Source of the DNA: Spirochaetota bacterium
Lineage (GTDB): Bacteria; Spirochaetota; UBA4802; UBA5550
Reading direction: 5' to 3'
Assembly (NCBI GenBank): GCA_963664815.2
Contig: CAXXHB010000003.1
Coordinates: 3,840,001 to 3,904,000 of the forward strand
Length of the DNA: 64,000 bases
The notes under the pieces were generated by a model. It made no database searches. It was not told the origin of the DNA and saw only the letters and a list, made by a program, of their open reading frames with translations. Below are positions 20,144 through 31,131 of the stretch, one piece after another. Position 1 is the first letter of the stretch. Each line of letters starts with the position of its first letter. The position numbers and the translations under genes are program-made.

Positions 20144-21163
20144 ATGAGTAAAAAAATTTCACGCCGTGATTTTCTTAAAAGCGGTGCAATGGCACTTGGC
20201 ACTGCAGCTCTGGGTAATTATATTACTTTAGGCAAGGCAATCGCCTCACCTCAGGATAAGTCCAGGGTTTTTTTTACAAAAGACATTACCACTGAAGGTC
20301 TTATGAAAATATATTCCAAAATCAATCAGGGCATGACTGGTAAAACAGGCATTAAACTCCATACCGGCGAGCCACATGGGCCTAACCTGTTACCGCTGGA
20401 GCTTATCAAGACTCTGCAAGGGAATATTCCCGGAAGTAACATCGTAGAATGCAATGTTCTTTATCCGGGGCCGAGGCAAACTACAAAAGGACACAGGGAA
20501 ACCCTGAAAATAAACGGATGGGATTTTTGCCCTGTAGATATAATGGATGAGGATGGTGACGCCATACTCCCAATACCGGGGATGCGGGAGTTCTTTAATA
20601 AATGGTTATCACCTGCATTAAAAGATCGCCCATATACCCCCGGGGTACATCTTACAGAGATCTCCGTAGGGAAAAATCTTTTAAACTACAATTCACTCCT
20701 CGTCTATACACATTTTAAAGGTCATACCAGCGGAGGTTTTGGCGGATCACTAAAAAATATCGGTATAGGATGCGCCTCCGGCCAGGTTGGCAAACGGCAA
20801 ATTCATGGTGAGGGCTGGGAAAAAGGGAAGCTGTTTCTGGAGCGTATGGTCGAGTCCGGCAAGGCCACTGCCGATCATTTCGGTTCGCATATCACTTATA
20901 TCAACGTGTTAAAAAACATCTCGGTGGATTGCGACTGTGCCGGAACTGCCGCCGCTAAACCCTCATCACCTGATATCGGAATAGTCGGTTCAACGGATAT
21001 TCTGGCCGTAGACAAGGCATCAGTGGATTTACTTTTCGCTCTGCCGGAAGCTAAAAAGCATGATATGGTTGAAAGAATCGAATCCCGCAGCGGGTTGCAT
21101 CAGCTTGAATATATGAAGACGCTTGGTATGGGCAATGAACAGTATGAACTGATTACACTGTAA
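20144..21163 (+). CDS. Tat-exported DUF362-family protein, candidate nickel-pincer enzyme
   Basis: SRRDFLK twin-arginine signal with AIA cleavage site; KLHTGE, HFKGH, GFGGSLKNIGIGCAS, CDC and DILAVDKASVDL motifs. Confidence 0.82.
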   Translation: MSKKISRRDFLKSGAMALGTAALGNYITLGKAIASPQDKSRVFFTKDITTEGLMKIYSKINQGMTGKTGIKLHTGEPHGPNLLPLELIKTLQGNIPGSNIVECNVLYPGPRQTTKGHRETLKINGWDFCPVDIMDEDGDAILPIPGMREFFNKWLSPALKDRPYTPGVHLTEISVGKNLLNYNSLLVYTHFKGHTSGGFGGSLKNIGIGCASGQVGKRQIHGEGWEKGKLFLERMVESGKATADHFGSHITYINVLKNISVDCDCAGTAAAKPSSPDIGIVGSTDILAVDKASVDLLFALPEAKKHDMVERIESRSGLHQLEYMKTLGMGNEQYELITL

Positions 21164-21357
21164 CAGAAGAAAGGCGTCCGGTGTTTTTCTCCGGTTGCCT
21201 TATAAAATATTTCATACACACATTTCGAGAGAAAAAATAAAAAAGTGGACTATATACACGTATCCGGTTAAGTTCAGAACAAGGATCGTTCAGATCCCAT
21301 TTCGATTGGAACCAGACAGTTTTGTAACATTTCAGCCCTTGCATGGAGGAGGTAATA

Positions 21358-22152
21358 ATGACATCGCTTCAGCCTGTTTTAAAGCAAAAACTTGAAACCC
21401 TGCAGAATAATTTAAGAAAAGCCGGCCGTGTCACTATCGCTTTTTCCGGCGGGGTGGATTCAACGTTTCTTTTAAAAGCCGCTATTGACACACCCGGCGT
21501 TGACTGCCTTGCCATCATCGCTGATGGCCCCATGATGCCGCGTTCAGAGTTCAGCGAAAGCCTTGCCCTGGCAGATTCATTAAAAGCCAGGCTGATTACC
21601 ATACCTGTTAAAATTTTTGAACTTCCCGGGTTTTACGGAAATTCACCACAGCGTTGTTACTATTGTAAAAAATATATTTTTTCTGCAATCAGGGAGGCAT
21701 CCATAAATAACGGTTATACTATATTGCTTGATGGAACAAACATCGATGATCTTCAAGATGACCGGCCCGGGTTAAAAGCGCTTGAAGAGCTCGCGGTAGG
21801 AAGCCCCCTGGCGGATGCCGGACTGACAAAGACGGAAATCAGACTTCTTTCTGCATATTACGGAATACCAACCGCGCATAAGCCCTCCATGGCATGTCTC
21901 GCAACCCGTATTCCCCATGGCACTGCCATTACTCCGGAGGCTTTAAAAACTGTTGAAGCCGGCGAGGAGATTCTCAAAACACTGAGTCTCAGCCAGTACA
22001 GGCTGCGTCTTAACGGGAATGATGCTAAAATCGAATGCGGCTCAGAAGATTTTCAAAAAATTATCGACAACCGGATTAATCTGGTCAAGTCTCTGAAAGG
22101 TTTTGGGATCACCAGTGTTGCCATCAATCTGAAGGCCTACGGCGAGTCTTAA
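21358..22152 (+). CDS. larE: NPN cofactor sulfur transferase LarE
   Basis: PP-loop AFSGGVDS, RCYYCK, DGTNIDD..DDRPG and KPSMACLATRIP; GGAGGAGG RBS before the ATG at 21358. Confidence 0.92.
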   Translation: MTSLQPVLKQKLETLQNNLRKAGRVTIAFSGGVDSTFLLKAAIDTPGVDCLAIIADGPMMPRSEFSESLALADSLKARLITIPVKIFELPGFYGNSPQRCYYCKKYIFSAIREASINNGYTILLDGTNIDDLQDDRPGLKALEELAVGSPLADAGLTKTEIRLLSAYYGIPTAHKPSMACLATRIPHGTAITPEALKTVEAGEEILKTLSLSQYRLRLNGNDAKIECGSEDFQKIIDNRINLVKSLKGFGITSVAINLKAYGES

Positions 22153-22202
22153 CCAGTCAACAAAACGGATGAACAGGTCAAAAGAACCTCAGGGAGAAAT
22201 AC

Positions 22203-22952
22203 ATGAATAAAGATAAATTGACAGAACTCTTAACTAAAGTTAAAGAAAATCAAATAGACGTGCCCGATGCACTGCATGCCTTAAAAAATCTGACCTATGA
22301 CAACCTTGGTTACGCGCGGGTTGATCATCACCGTGAGTTAAGAGTCGGTTATCCGGAGGTTATTTACAGCCCCGGTAAAACAGCTGAGCAGATTAAAGGC
22401 ATTGTAAAGAATATGCTTGAAAAAGAGAATAATAACATACTGGCATCCCGGGCAGACCGCAGCGTCTACGAGGCTATTAAAAGCGTTGCAGACGAAGCCG
22501 TTTATTACGAAGAAGCCCGGTCTGTTGTTGTCAGGCGTGTGCCATATGGTACAACCGACAGCTATATTCTGGTAGTTACAGCCGGCACTTCAGATATACC
22601 TGTTGCCGAAGAGGCTGCCGTAACCGCTGAGGTTATGGGTAACCAGGTAAAGCGGCTCTTTGATGTGGGTGTGGCCGGAATTCACCGCCTCTTTGATAAA
22701 ATTGAAATTATTGCAAAGGCAAAGGTTGTCATCGTCGTTGCCGGTATGGAGGGGGCGCTTGCTTCAGTCGTCGGCGGCCTGACGGATAAACCGGTAATAG
22801 CAGTGCCCACCAGTATCGGATACGGAGCAAATTTCGGCGGTATATCCGCTCTGCTGGGGATGCTGACTTCCTGCTCCAGCGGTATCGGAGTGGTTAACAT
22901 CGACAATGGTTTTGGAGCTGCCTGTATGGCGTCAAAAATCAATAAACTGTAG
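22203..22952 (+). CDS. larB: NPN cofactor carboxylase/hydrolase LarB
   Basis: DHHRELRVGYPEV, AGTSDIPVAEEA, DVGVAGIHR, AGMEGAL, PTSIGYG and VVNIDNGFGA motifs. Confidence 0.95.
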   Translation: MNKDKLTELLTKVKENQIDVPDALHALKNLTYDNLGYARVDHHRELRVGYPEVIYSPGKTAEQIKGIVKNMLEKENNNILASRADRSVYEAIKSVADEAVYYEEARSVVVRRVPYGTTDSYILVVTAGTSDIPVAEEAAVTAEVMGNQVKRLFDVGVAGIHRLFDKIEIIAKAKVVIVVAGMEGALASVVGGLTDKPVIAVPTSIGYGANFGGISALLGMLTSCSSGIGVVNIDNGFGAACMASKINKL

Positions 22953-22962
22953 AGGGAACTTC

Positions 22963-24201
22963 ATGAAAGTATTACATTTTGACTGTTTTTCAGGCATCAG
23001 CGGAGACATGGTGATCGGCGCTTTTCTGGATCTGGGTGTCGAAACAGATTTTCTTGGCAGGGAGCTTGAGAAACTTAATGTCCCGGGATTTCGCATTGAA
23101 GCTGAAAAAACAAGCCGTCATGGAATCAGCGGAACACTGTTCCGCGTAATTACAGATGAAATTGCCCCTCATCATCACCATCATGATTCCGGGATCAACC
23201 ATGGCCGCAGTCATGAAGATCATGAACATTACAAAGAGAATAAATCCGGCCATGTTCACCGGAACCATGCCGATATCAAAGGGATTATCAGCGCATCATC
23301 ACTGGATGAACCGGTAAAAAAAACATCCCTTGCCATTTTTGAGCGTGTTGCCCGGGCCGAATCGAGAGTTCACAACATCCCGGCTGATGATATTAACTTC
23401 CATGAAGTTGGCGCCCTGGATTCAATTGTTGATATTGTGGGTGCCGCAATATGCTATCATAAAATTGCGCCGGATATTACCTACGGCTCGGCAATTAACG
23501 TTGGTAAAGGCCTCGTTAAATGCGCACATGGAATTCTGCCGGTACCGGCACCGGCTACGGCGGAAATCCTCAATGAGTCAGGTTTTTCTGTTTATTCAAG
23601 GGAGATTGATGGTGAATCAGCCACGCCGACCGGAGTTGCCATTATTTCCGAACTGGGTACTTATTCCCATGAGCTGCCTGAATTTACTCCGGAAAAAACC
23701 GGTTACGGCTTCGGACAGCGTGATTTCGGGATGCTTAATGCTCTGCGTATTTTTATCGGTCATCGTCCGGGCAGCGATTCCTCAATTGTCGTCCTTGAGA
23801 CCAATATAGATGATATGACCGGAGAAGCCCTTGGTTATACCCTGGAACGTCTTTTTGCCGCAGGTGCACTGGATGCCTTTTACACACCGATTTTCATGAA
23901 AAAAAACCGTCCGGCTTTTAAATTAACCGTACTTTCTGATGTCTCCTGCGTAAATGCCATTGAATTTTGTATTCTTAAAGAAACCTCTACAATCGGACTC
24001 CGGAAATTTCCTGTTTCCCGCACATGTATGGAACGACAGATCGAAACCCGCCATACTGAATTTGGCGATTTACGGGTTAAAATCTGCCGCTTTGGGGATA
24101 TTCATAAAGAAACCCTGGAGTATGAAGATGTTAAACGTATTGCCGGCACTGAAGGATTATCCTTTGATGCAACAGTAGCAATGCTTCAGAAATTATTATA
24201 A
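22963..24201 (+). CDS. larC: NPN cofactor nickel insertase LarC
   Basis: DCFSGISGDM, His-rich loop, FHEVGALDSIVDI, HGILPVPAPAT, TPTG, ETNIDD, MKKNRP and ETSTIGLR; single frame, no frameshift needed. Confidence 0.95.
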   Translation: MKVLHFDCFSGISGDMVIGAFLDLGVETDFLGRELEKLNVPGFRIEAEKTSRHGISGTLFRVITDEIAPHHHHHDSGINHGRSHEDHEHYKENKSGHVHRNHADIKGIISASSLDEPVKKTSLAIFERVARAESRVHNIPADDINFHEVGALDSIVDIVGAAICYHKIAPDITYGSAINVGKGLVKCAHGILPVPAPATAEILNESGFSVYSREIDGESATPTGVAIISELGTYSHELPEFTPEKTGYGFGQRDFGMLNALRIFIGHRPGSDSSIVVLETNIDDMTGEALGYTLERLFAAGALDAFYTPIFMKKNRPAFKLTVLSDVSCVNAIEFCILKETSTIGLRKFPVSRTCMERQIETRHTEFGDLRVKICRFGDIHKETLEYEDVKRIAGTEGLSFDATVAMLQKLL

Positions 24202-24210
24202 AATATTTTT

Positions 24211-24250
24211 TTGAACTGAAAAGTCAACTTTCTGAACTGTAAAGTAAAGC
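24211..24250 (+). promoter_or_regulatory. putative AraC-type tandem binding site
   Basis: TTGAACTGAAAAGTCAAC and CTGAACTGTAAAGTAAAG, 21 bp apart. Confidence 0.6.
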
Positions 24251-24385
24251 ATCATGTTGCCCGGTATTTTATCTTACTGTTATTTCGATTAAAGATTTAT
24301 CAGAAACAATGTCATGCACTATTTTATTTTTCTGGCGTTATAGTTCAGATGATTTAAAAAAGAGAAAAAAGATAACGAGGTTGAT

Positions 24386-24979
24386 ATGAAAAAGAAATTT
24401 TTTGTTCTTTATCTGATTGCTGCATCACTTGCATTTACAGGGATCCAGGCCTCCTGCAAAGAGAATTCCGGAATACCAGACAGCAAGAAAGGAGAAAATA
24501 AAAAGATCCTTGTGACTTATTTTTCGCACACGGGTAATACGCGGGAAATTGCAAACCAGATTCACCAGAGCGTCGGCGGAGATATTTTTGAACTTCAGGC
24601 TGTAAAGAAATATCCTGATGATTACGAGGCTGTTAAAAAAGTCGCAAAACAGGAATTGAAATCCGGAGAGAAGCCTGCATTGAAAACAAAAATTAATAAT
24701 ATAAGATCATATGATATCATATTTATAGGCTACCCGATCTGGTGGGGAACGTTCCCGGCCCCGGTAAGAACATTTCTGTCAGAAAATAATTTATCGGGAA
24801 AAACCATTATTCCATTCAGCACTCATCTCGGCAGCGGTCTTGGCCTGAGTGTAAAGGACATCACAAAACTCTGCCCGGAATCCACTCTGCTGGAAGGTAT
24901 TTCCATAAGGGGAGATGATATAAAAACCGCGGGTGACAGAATATCAGGGTGGCTGAAGAAGTTGAATATTACGAAATAA
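24386..24979 (+). CDS. flavodoxin with signal peptide (possible lipoprotein)
   Basis: YFSHTGNT, GYPIWWGT and PFSTHLGSGLG; N-terminal MKKKFFVLYLIAASLAFTGIQASC. Confidence 0.88.
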   Translation: MKKKFFVLYLIAASLAFTGIQASCKENSGIPDSKKGENKKILVTYFSHTGNTREIANQIHQSVGGDIFELQAVKKYPDDYEAVKKVAKQELKSGEKPALKTKINNIRSYDIIFIGYPIWWGTFPAPVRTFLSENNLSGKTIIPFSTHLGSGLGLSVKDITKLCPESTLLEGISIRGDDIKTAGDRISGWLKKLNITK

Positions 24980-24985
24980 TACAGG

Positions 24986-25211
24986 ACAATGCCATTCCGA
25001 ACGAATGTGAGGAATATCATACGGATTTGCCCCCTGAACCAACCGGCCACCGGCAGAGTATACTGCTTGTGCAGTGTAAATGCAAACCTGCCACCCACCG
25101 GCAAAAGGGGTTAATGAAACTCTCCGGCTTTCCAGGTTCCCCTGGAAACGCTGGGCACAATTAAATGGGGATAGGGGGGAACCGATGGCAGGTGATTTGG
25201 AATGACATTGT
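24986..25211. repeat. intergenic element bounded by inverted repeats
   Basis: ACAATGCCATTCC ... GGAATGACATTGT ends around a GC-richer interior. Confidence 0.4.
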
Positions 25212-25252
25212 TTTAACTAAATCTTTAACTGCTGTAATAAGGAGAATATAAT

Positions 25253-26404
25253 ATGAAAAAACTGGGATTTGGATTTATGCGTCTGCCCGTAAAGGACCAG
25301 AATAATCAGGCGAGTGTTGATATGGAGTTACTAAACAGGATGGTTGATATCTTTCTGGAAAGAGGCTTTACCTACTTTGATACTGCCTATATGTACCATA
25401 TGGGTAAGAGCGAAACAGCTATGAGAGAGGCCCTTGTAAAACGCCATAAAAGAGAGAGCTTTACCCTGGCGACAAAACTGCCAACAATGATGCTGAAAAG
25501 CAGGGAAGACCAGGAGAAAATTTTTAACGAACAGCTGGAAAAGTGCGGTGTGGATTACTTCGACTACTACCTGCTTCATAACCTTGGTACAGAAAATTAT
25601 GAAATTGCCGAAAAATTTAAAAGTTTTGAATTTATTATAGAAAAGAAAAAAGCAGGCAGGATCAGGCAGATAGGTTTCTCATATCACGATAATGCCAACC
25701 TGCTGGATAAAATACTCACAGCTCATCCGGAGGTGGATTTTGTCCAGTTACAGATTAATTATCTTGATTGGGATAATGAGAGCATACAGTCCGGGAAATG
25801 CTATGATGTTGCACGTAAGCATAACAAGCCGGTAATTGTTATGGAACCGGTCAAGGGTGGCACCCTGGCGAAAGTACCGGAAATGGCTGAAAAATTATTT
25901 AAAGGCTGCCATCCTGACATGACAATACCATCATGGGCAATTCGCTATGCTGCCAGCCGTGATGGTGTTATGGTTGTACTGAGCGGGATGTCTGACCTTG
26001 AACAGCTTATGGATAATACCGGCTATATGCAGGAGTTTAAATCACTCACAAACGATGAATACGATGTAATAAAAAAAGCCGTTAAGATTATCAACGAATC
26101 TATTGCCATACCCTGTACAGCATGCCGTTACTGTGTGGAGGGCTGCCCGCAGAATATTGCCATCCCTGAATACTTCGCTTTATACAATACAGAGAAGCAA
26201 TCGATAAAAAGCATGTTTTCAGTTCAGATGGTGTATTACATGAATTTAACAAAAAAGTTCGGAAAGGCATCAGATTGTATCGACTGCAGACAATGTGAAG
26301 AGCACTGCCCGCAGCATATTGAGATTACAAAATGGTTAAAGGATATTGCTGCTACTTTTGAAGTCGAATTTGCCTTACCGGCAATAGAACCGGAAAAATC
26401 ATAA
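25253..26404 (+). CDS. aldo/keto reductase with C-terminal 4Fe-4S dicluster domain
   Basis: [17 protein letters not shown] and MEPVKGG; CTACRYC..CP and [13 protein letters not shown]. Confidence 0.92.
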   Translation: MKKLGFGFMRLPVKDQNNQASVDMELLNRMVDIFLERGFTYFDTAYMYHMGKSETAMREALVKRHKRESFTLATKLPTMMLKSREDQEKIFNEQLEKCGVDYFDYYLLHNLGTENYEIAEKFKSFEFIIEKKKAGRIRQIGFSYHDNANLLDKILTAHPEVDFVQLQINYLDWDNESIQSGKCYDVARKHNKPVIVMEPVKGGTLAKVPEMAEKLFKGCHPDMTIPSWAIRYAASRDGVMVVLSGMSDLEQLMDNTGYMQEFKSLTNDEYDVIKKAVKIINESIAIPCTACRYCVEGCPQNIAIPEYFALYNTEKQSIKSMFSVQMVYYMNLTKKFGKASDCIDCRQCEEHCPQHIEITKWLKDIAATFEVEFALPAIEPEKS

Positions 26405-26441
26405 AAAATTTAAACTGAATAAGAATTAAGGATAATTAATC

Positions 26442-26969
26442 ATGAGTATAATAAAAAAGAAATGCCTGGTTGCATATTATTCCCGCAGGGGACAAAACTA
26501 CGTCAATGGAAGTATAAAAGATCTGAAGGTGGGGAATACAGAGGTAGTTGCAGGAATGATACAGAAAATAACCGGAAGTAAAATGTTTCATATAGAGTCA
26601 GTTAAGGCTTACCCTGAAGACTATACAGAAACTACAAACGTGGCAAAGGAAGAACTCCGATCCAATGCCAGGCCTGAACTTTCCGGTCATGTTGAAAATA
26701 TGAATGAATACGATGTGATATTTTTAGGATACCCTAACTGGTGGGGGACTATGCCGATGCCTGTGTTTACATTTCTGGAGAATCATGATTTTTCCGGAAA
26801 AACCATTGTCCCCTTTTGTACTCATGAAGGGAGCGGACTGGGCCGCAGTGAACAGGATATTAAAAAATTATGCCCTAAGGCTGCAGTCCTGAATGGGTTT
26901 GCTATCCGCGGAGGGAGTGCAGGATCTGCAGATAAAATTGTTTCTGAGTGGATAGAGAAGCTGAGCTGA
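26442..26969 (+). CDS. flavodoxin
   Basis: YYSR...GNT, GYPNWWGT and PFCTHEGSGLG. Confidence 0.9.
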   Translation: MSIIKKKCLVAYYSRRGQNYVNGSIKDLKVGNTEVVAGMIQKITGSKMFHIESVKAYPEDYTETTNVAKEELRSNARPELSGHVENMNEYDVIFLGYPNWWGTMPMPVFTFLENHDFSGKTIVPFCTHEGSGLGRSEQDIKKLCPKAAVLNGFAIRGGSAGSADKIVSEWIEKLS

Positions 26970-28067
<1,098 letters not shown>

Positions 28068-28094
28068 TACTTCAATAATGATGGAGAATAAATT

Positions 28095-28520
28095 ATGAAT
28101 GAATCAGAAAAATTAAGTGAAAGCGTAATATTTCCAAAAGGGGAAAAACTGCCTGAACAGTTCAGCAGAAATTTTACAGGTACCGCATATCTCAGTATGA
28201 TTGTACCCCGTGATGATGAATTTAACTGCCCAATTGGCAATGTAACATTTGAACCTGGCTGCAGAAATAACTGGCACAGGCATCCGGGCGGGCAGATCCT
28301 GCTGGTAACAGGCGGGCGCGGTTATTACCAGCAGGAGGGAAAACCGGCACGTGAACTTCATCCGGGTGATGTGGTAAAGATCTCTTCAAATGTGAAGCAC
28401 TGGCACGGCGCGGCGCATGACAGCTGGTTTGTTCATCTTTCCATTGAGACGAATGTAAAGGCAGGGTCACCGGAATGGCTTGAACCTGTAACAGACGAAG
28501 AATACAGGAAATTAAAATAA
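28095..28520 (+). CDS. cupin-domain protein
   Basis: VTFEPGCRNNWHRHPGGQ...KHWHGA. Confidence 0.9.
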   Translation: MNESEKLSESVIFPKGEKLPEQFSRNFTGTAYLSMIVPRDDEFNCPIGNVTFEPGCRNNWHRHPGGQILLVTGGRGYYQQEGKPARELHPGDVVKISSNVKHWHGAAHDSWFVHLSIETNVKAGSPEWLEPVTDEEYRKLK

Positions 28521-28533
28521 CAAGGTAAATTAA

Positions 28534-29073
28534 ATGAGTAAAAAAGTATTAGTATTATCAACCAGCCCAAGAAGAGGGGGCAACTCAGATCTCCTTTGTG
28601 ACCGGTTTATATCCGGGTCGCAGGAGGCTGGACACCACGCAGAGAAGATATTTGTTAAAGATAAAGAGATAAAATACTGCACAGGCTGCGGCTTATGCAT
28701 AAATGGGGAAAAAGCCTGCCCTCTTAAAGATGACATGCCAGAGATACTGGAGAAGATGATCGCTGCTGATGTTATCGTTATGGCTACACCTGTTTACTTC
28801 TATACCATGTGTGCACAGATGAAAACTCTGATAGACAGAACCTGTTCCCGTTATACTGAAATGATAAACAAGGAATTCTATTTTATTATCACCGCAGCTG
28901 ACACAGACAGGGATGCAATGGAGAGGACAATTGAGGGAATCAGGGGATTCACAACGCTTCTTAAAGATTCAGTGGAGAAAGGGACTATCTACGGGACCGG
29001 CGCATGGAATATCGGAGATATCAAGGGTAAACCTGCAATGAAAGAAGCCTATGATGCAGGTTTTAAAATCTGA
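28534..29073 (+). CDS. iron-sulfur flavoprotein / flavodoxin-family protein
   Basis: STSPRRGGNS, CTGCGLC..ACPLKDD and ATPVYF. Confidence 0.9.
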   Translation: MSKKVLVLSTSPRRGGNSDLLCDRFISGSQEAGHHAEKIFVKDKEIKYCTGCGLCINGEKACPLKDDMPEILEKMIAADVIVMATPVYFYTMCAQMKTLIDRTCSRYTEMINKEFYFIITAADTDRDAMERTIEGIRGFTTLLKDSVEKGTIYGTGAWNIGDIKGKPAMKEAYDAGFKI

Positions 29074-29185
29074 TCCAGGAGGAACCATGAGGACTTTTCC
29101 CGATTGCTGTCATATATGGGATACCACGGAACACTATTTAATTTTAGTCCATTAATTTAAGAAATTATCTACCTGGAAGGTTATT

Positions 29186-30013
29186 ATGAGAAGTATTACG
29201 GTATTAATAGGATCAGGGTCAATAGGGGTCGCAATTGCAAGGAGAGTGAGTGCCGGAAAACATATTCTGCTCGCTGATTTACGGCAGGAAAATGCGGACG
29301 CAGCAGCTGAAGTTCTGAGTAATGCGGGATTTGAGGTCAGCACTGCCGCCATGGATGTATCCTCACGCAAAGCGGTAGAGGATCTGGCCGAAAAGGCTGC
29401 CGGCCTTGGCGACGTGACCGGGGTTATTCACGCTGCCGGTGTATCGCCATCGCAGGCTCCGGTAGCTGCAATTCTGAAAGTTGATATCTATGGTACGGCC
29501 CTCGTACTTGAGGTATTCGGAAACGTAATTGCACGCGGCGGCTCCGGTGTAGTAATTGCATCCCAGTCCGGGCATAGACTGGGTGCTCTCACAGATGAGC
29601 AGAATAAGCTTTTAGCGACAACTCCCGCCGATCAGCTTTTAGCTCTTCCGATGCTCCAGCCGGACCAGGTGAAGGATACTTTGCACGCCTATCAACTCTC
29701 AAAACGCGGAAACGCTTTACGGGTGATGGCAGAAGCTGTCAGGTGGGGCAAGCGGGGCGCCAGGGTAAATACAATCAGTCCGGGCATTATTATCACACCT
29801 CTCGCGAAAGATGAACTGACAGGTCCCCGCGGAGAAGGTTACCGCCGTATGATTGAGAGCTGTCCTGTAGGGAGAGCTGGTACTTCTGACGAGGTTGCAA
29901 ATGTTGCTGCGCTTCTTATGGGGCCTGATGGCGCATTTATCACAGGCAGTGACTTTTTAATGGATGGCGGTGTTACTTCTTCGTTCTTCTTCGGAGAGCT
30001 TGCCCCGAAATAA
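29186..30013 (+). CDS. SDR-family oxidoreductase
   Basis: GSGSIG, HAAGVS, YQLSK (YxxxK), NTISPG and ITGSDFLMDGG. Confidence 0.92.
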   Translation: MRSITVLIGSGSIGVAIARRVSAGKHILLADLRQENADAAAEVLSNAGFEVSTAAMDVSSRKAVEDLAEKAAGLGDVTGVIHAAGVSPSQAPVAAILKVDIYGTALVLEVFGNVIARGGSGVVIASQSGHRLGALTDEQNKLLATTPADQLLALPMLQPDQVKDTLHAYQLSKRGNALRVMAEAVRWGKRGARVNTISPGIIITPLAKDELTGPRGEGYRRMIESCPVGRAGTSDEVANVAALLMGPDGAFITGSDFLMDGGVTSSFFFGELAPK

Positions 30014-30059
30014 GCAGACAGTTTTGCCATGTCTTCCGGAGATCTTTAGCGCCATGCCA

Positions 30060-31040
30060 TTAAATCTTTGCTGTTGTTCCCGGCACTGCCGGTATACCGA
30101 ATGACAGCATGATTTCCACAATCCTTTTTATATTTTTTTCCCATTCACTCCTTTCCGGCGGATTAAAGTAATGCATAGGATATTCCCGGTCAAGCGATGT
30201 ATACTTTTCAACACCCAGCTGCCGGTACGGCAGCAGCTGTAACTGCATCACACGGTTGCCAAGCTTTCCGGCTATAAACTGAGCCGTATCGTTTATATTT
30301 TTATCTCCGTCATTATGACCGGCCACCACCGGCATCCGGATGATGAGGGGCTTGTTCAGGTCGGCAATTTTCATTATATTTTCCAGTATAAGTTCATTCC
30401 CTGTTCCGGTATATTCCCTGTGTTTTACGGGATCCATATGTTTTAAATCAGTTATAATCAGATCAGCGAATGGAAGTACCCGGTTTAAAATTTCAGTCTT
30501 TACATTCAGCGAACTCTCGATACAGGTGTGAATACCATTATGTATGCACTCTTTCAATAATTCAATCGTGAATTGCCACTGAACCAAAGGCTCTCCGCCC
30601 GAGATGGTTACCCCCCCTCCGGATTTATTATAAAAATTCAGGTCTGATAATATAACCGCCATGATGTCGCCTATTGTCATCTTTTTACCCCAGACAATGA
30701 GTGCGCCGGATGGACAAACATCGGCACAGTTAAGACAGCCATCGCAGATATCCCGGTCAATTCCGGCTACATTATCACCCCGGATTATAAACGCACCATT
30801 CCCCGATTCAGGACACGCCTTAAGACAGTACCCGCATTTGCTTACACCGATACAGCGTGAGGAGTAGACTCCAATCTCGGGATACAATAACATGCTTTCA
30901 GGGTTGCTGCACCACCGGCACCGGAGCGGACATCCCTTCAGAAATATTTCTGTCCTTATTCCCGGTCCGTCATGAATTGTATACCGCTGTATGTTTAATA
31001 CCAGCCCTTCCCTGTGAGCAATTTTTTCTTCAGAATTCAT
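30060..31040 (-). CDS. glycyl-radical enzyme activase (radical SAM with ferredoxin insert)
   Basis: [22 protein letters not shown], two extra Cys clusters and [11 protein letters not shown]. Confidence 0.95.
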   Translation of the reverse strand: MNSEEKIAHREGLVLNIQRYTIHDGPGIRTEIFLKGCPLRCRWCSNPESMLLYPEIGVYSSRCIGVSKCGYCLKACPESGNGAFIIRGDNVAGIDRDICDGCLNCADVCPSGALIVWGKKMTIGDIMAVILSDLNFYNKSGGGVTISGGEPLVQWQFTIELLKECIHNGIHTCIESSLNVKTEILNRVLPFADLIITDLKHMDPVKHREYTGTGNELILENIMKIADLNKPLIIRMPVVAGHNDGDKNINDTAQFIAGKLGNRVMQLQLLPYRQLGVEKYTSLDREYPMHYFNPPERSEWEKNIKRIVEIMLSFGIPAVPGTTAKI

Positions 31041-31131
31041 AAATAGTAATCAGCCATTCCTGTGCCAGCGCTCAGTTTTCACTAAAACTCCGCCTGAAAA
31101 ATATCCAGCCGGAATCTTTTCCCTCAGCTTA

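Noticed and set aside
21165-21340. Possible NiCo riboswitch between the DUF362 gene and larE
   Set aside because: Only a single hairpin (AAGGC..CCGG/CCGG..GCCTT) is visible and no NiCo consensus was recognised; an Rfam scan would settle it.
22963-24201. Programmed frameshift in larC, as in L. plantarum
   Set aside because: Both LarC domains lie in one continuous frame here.
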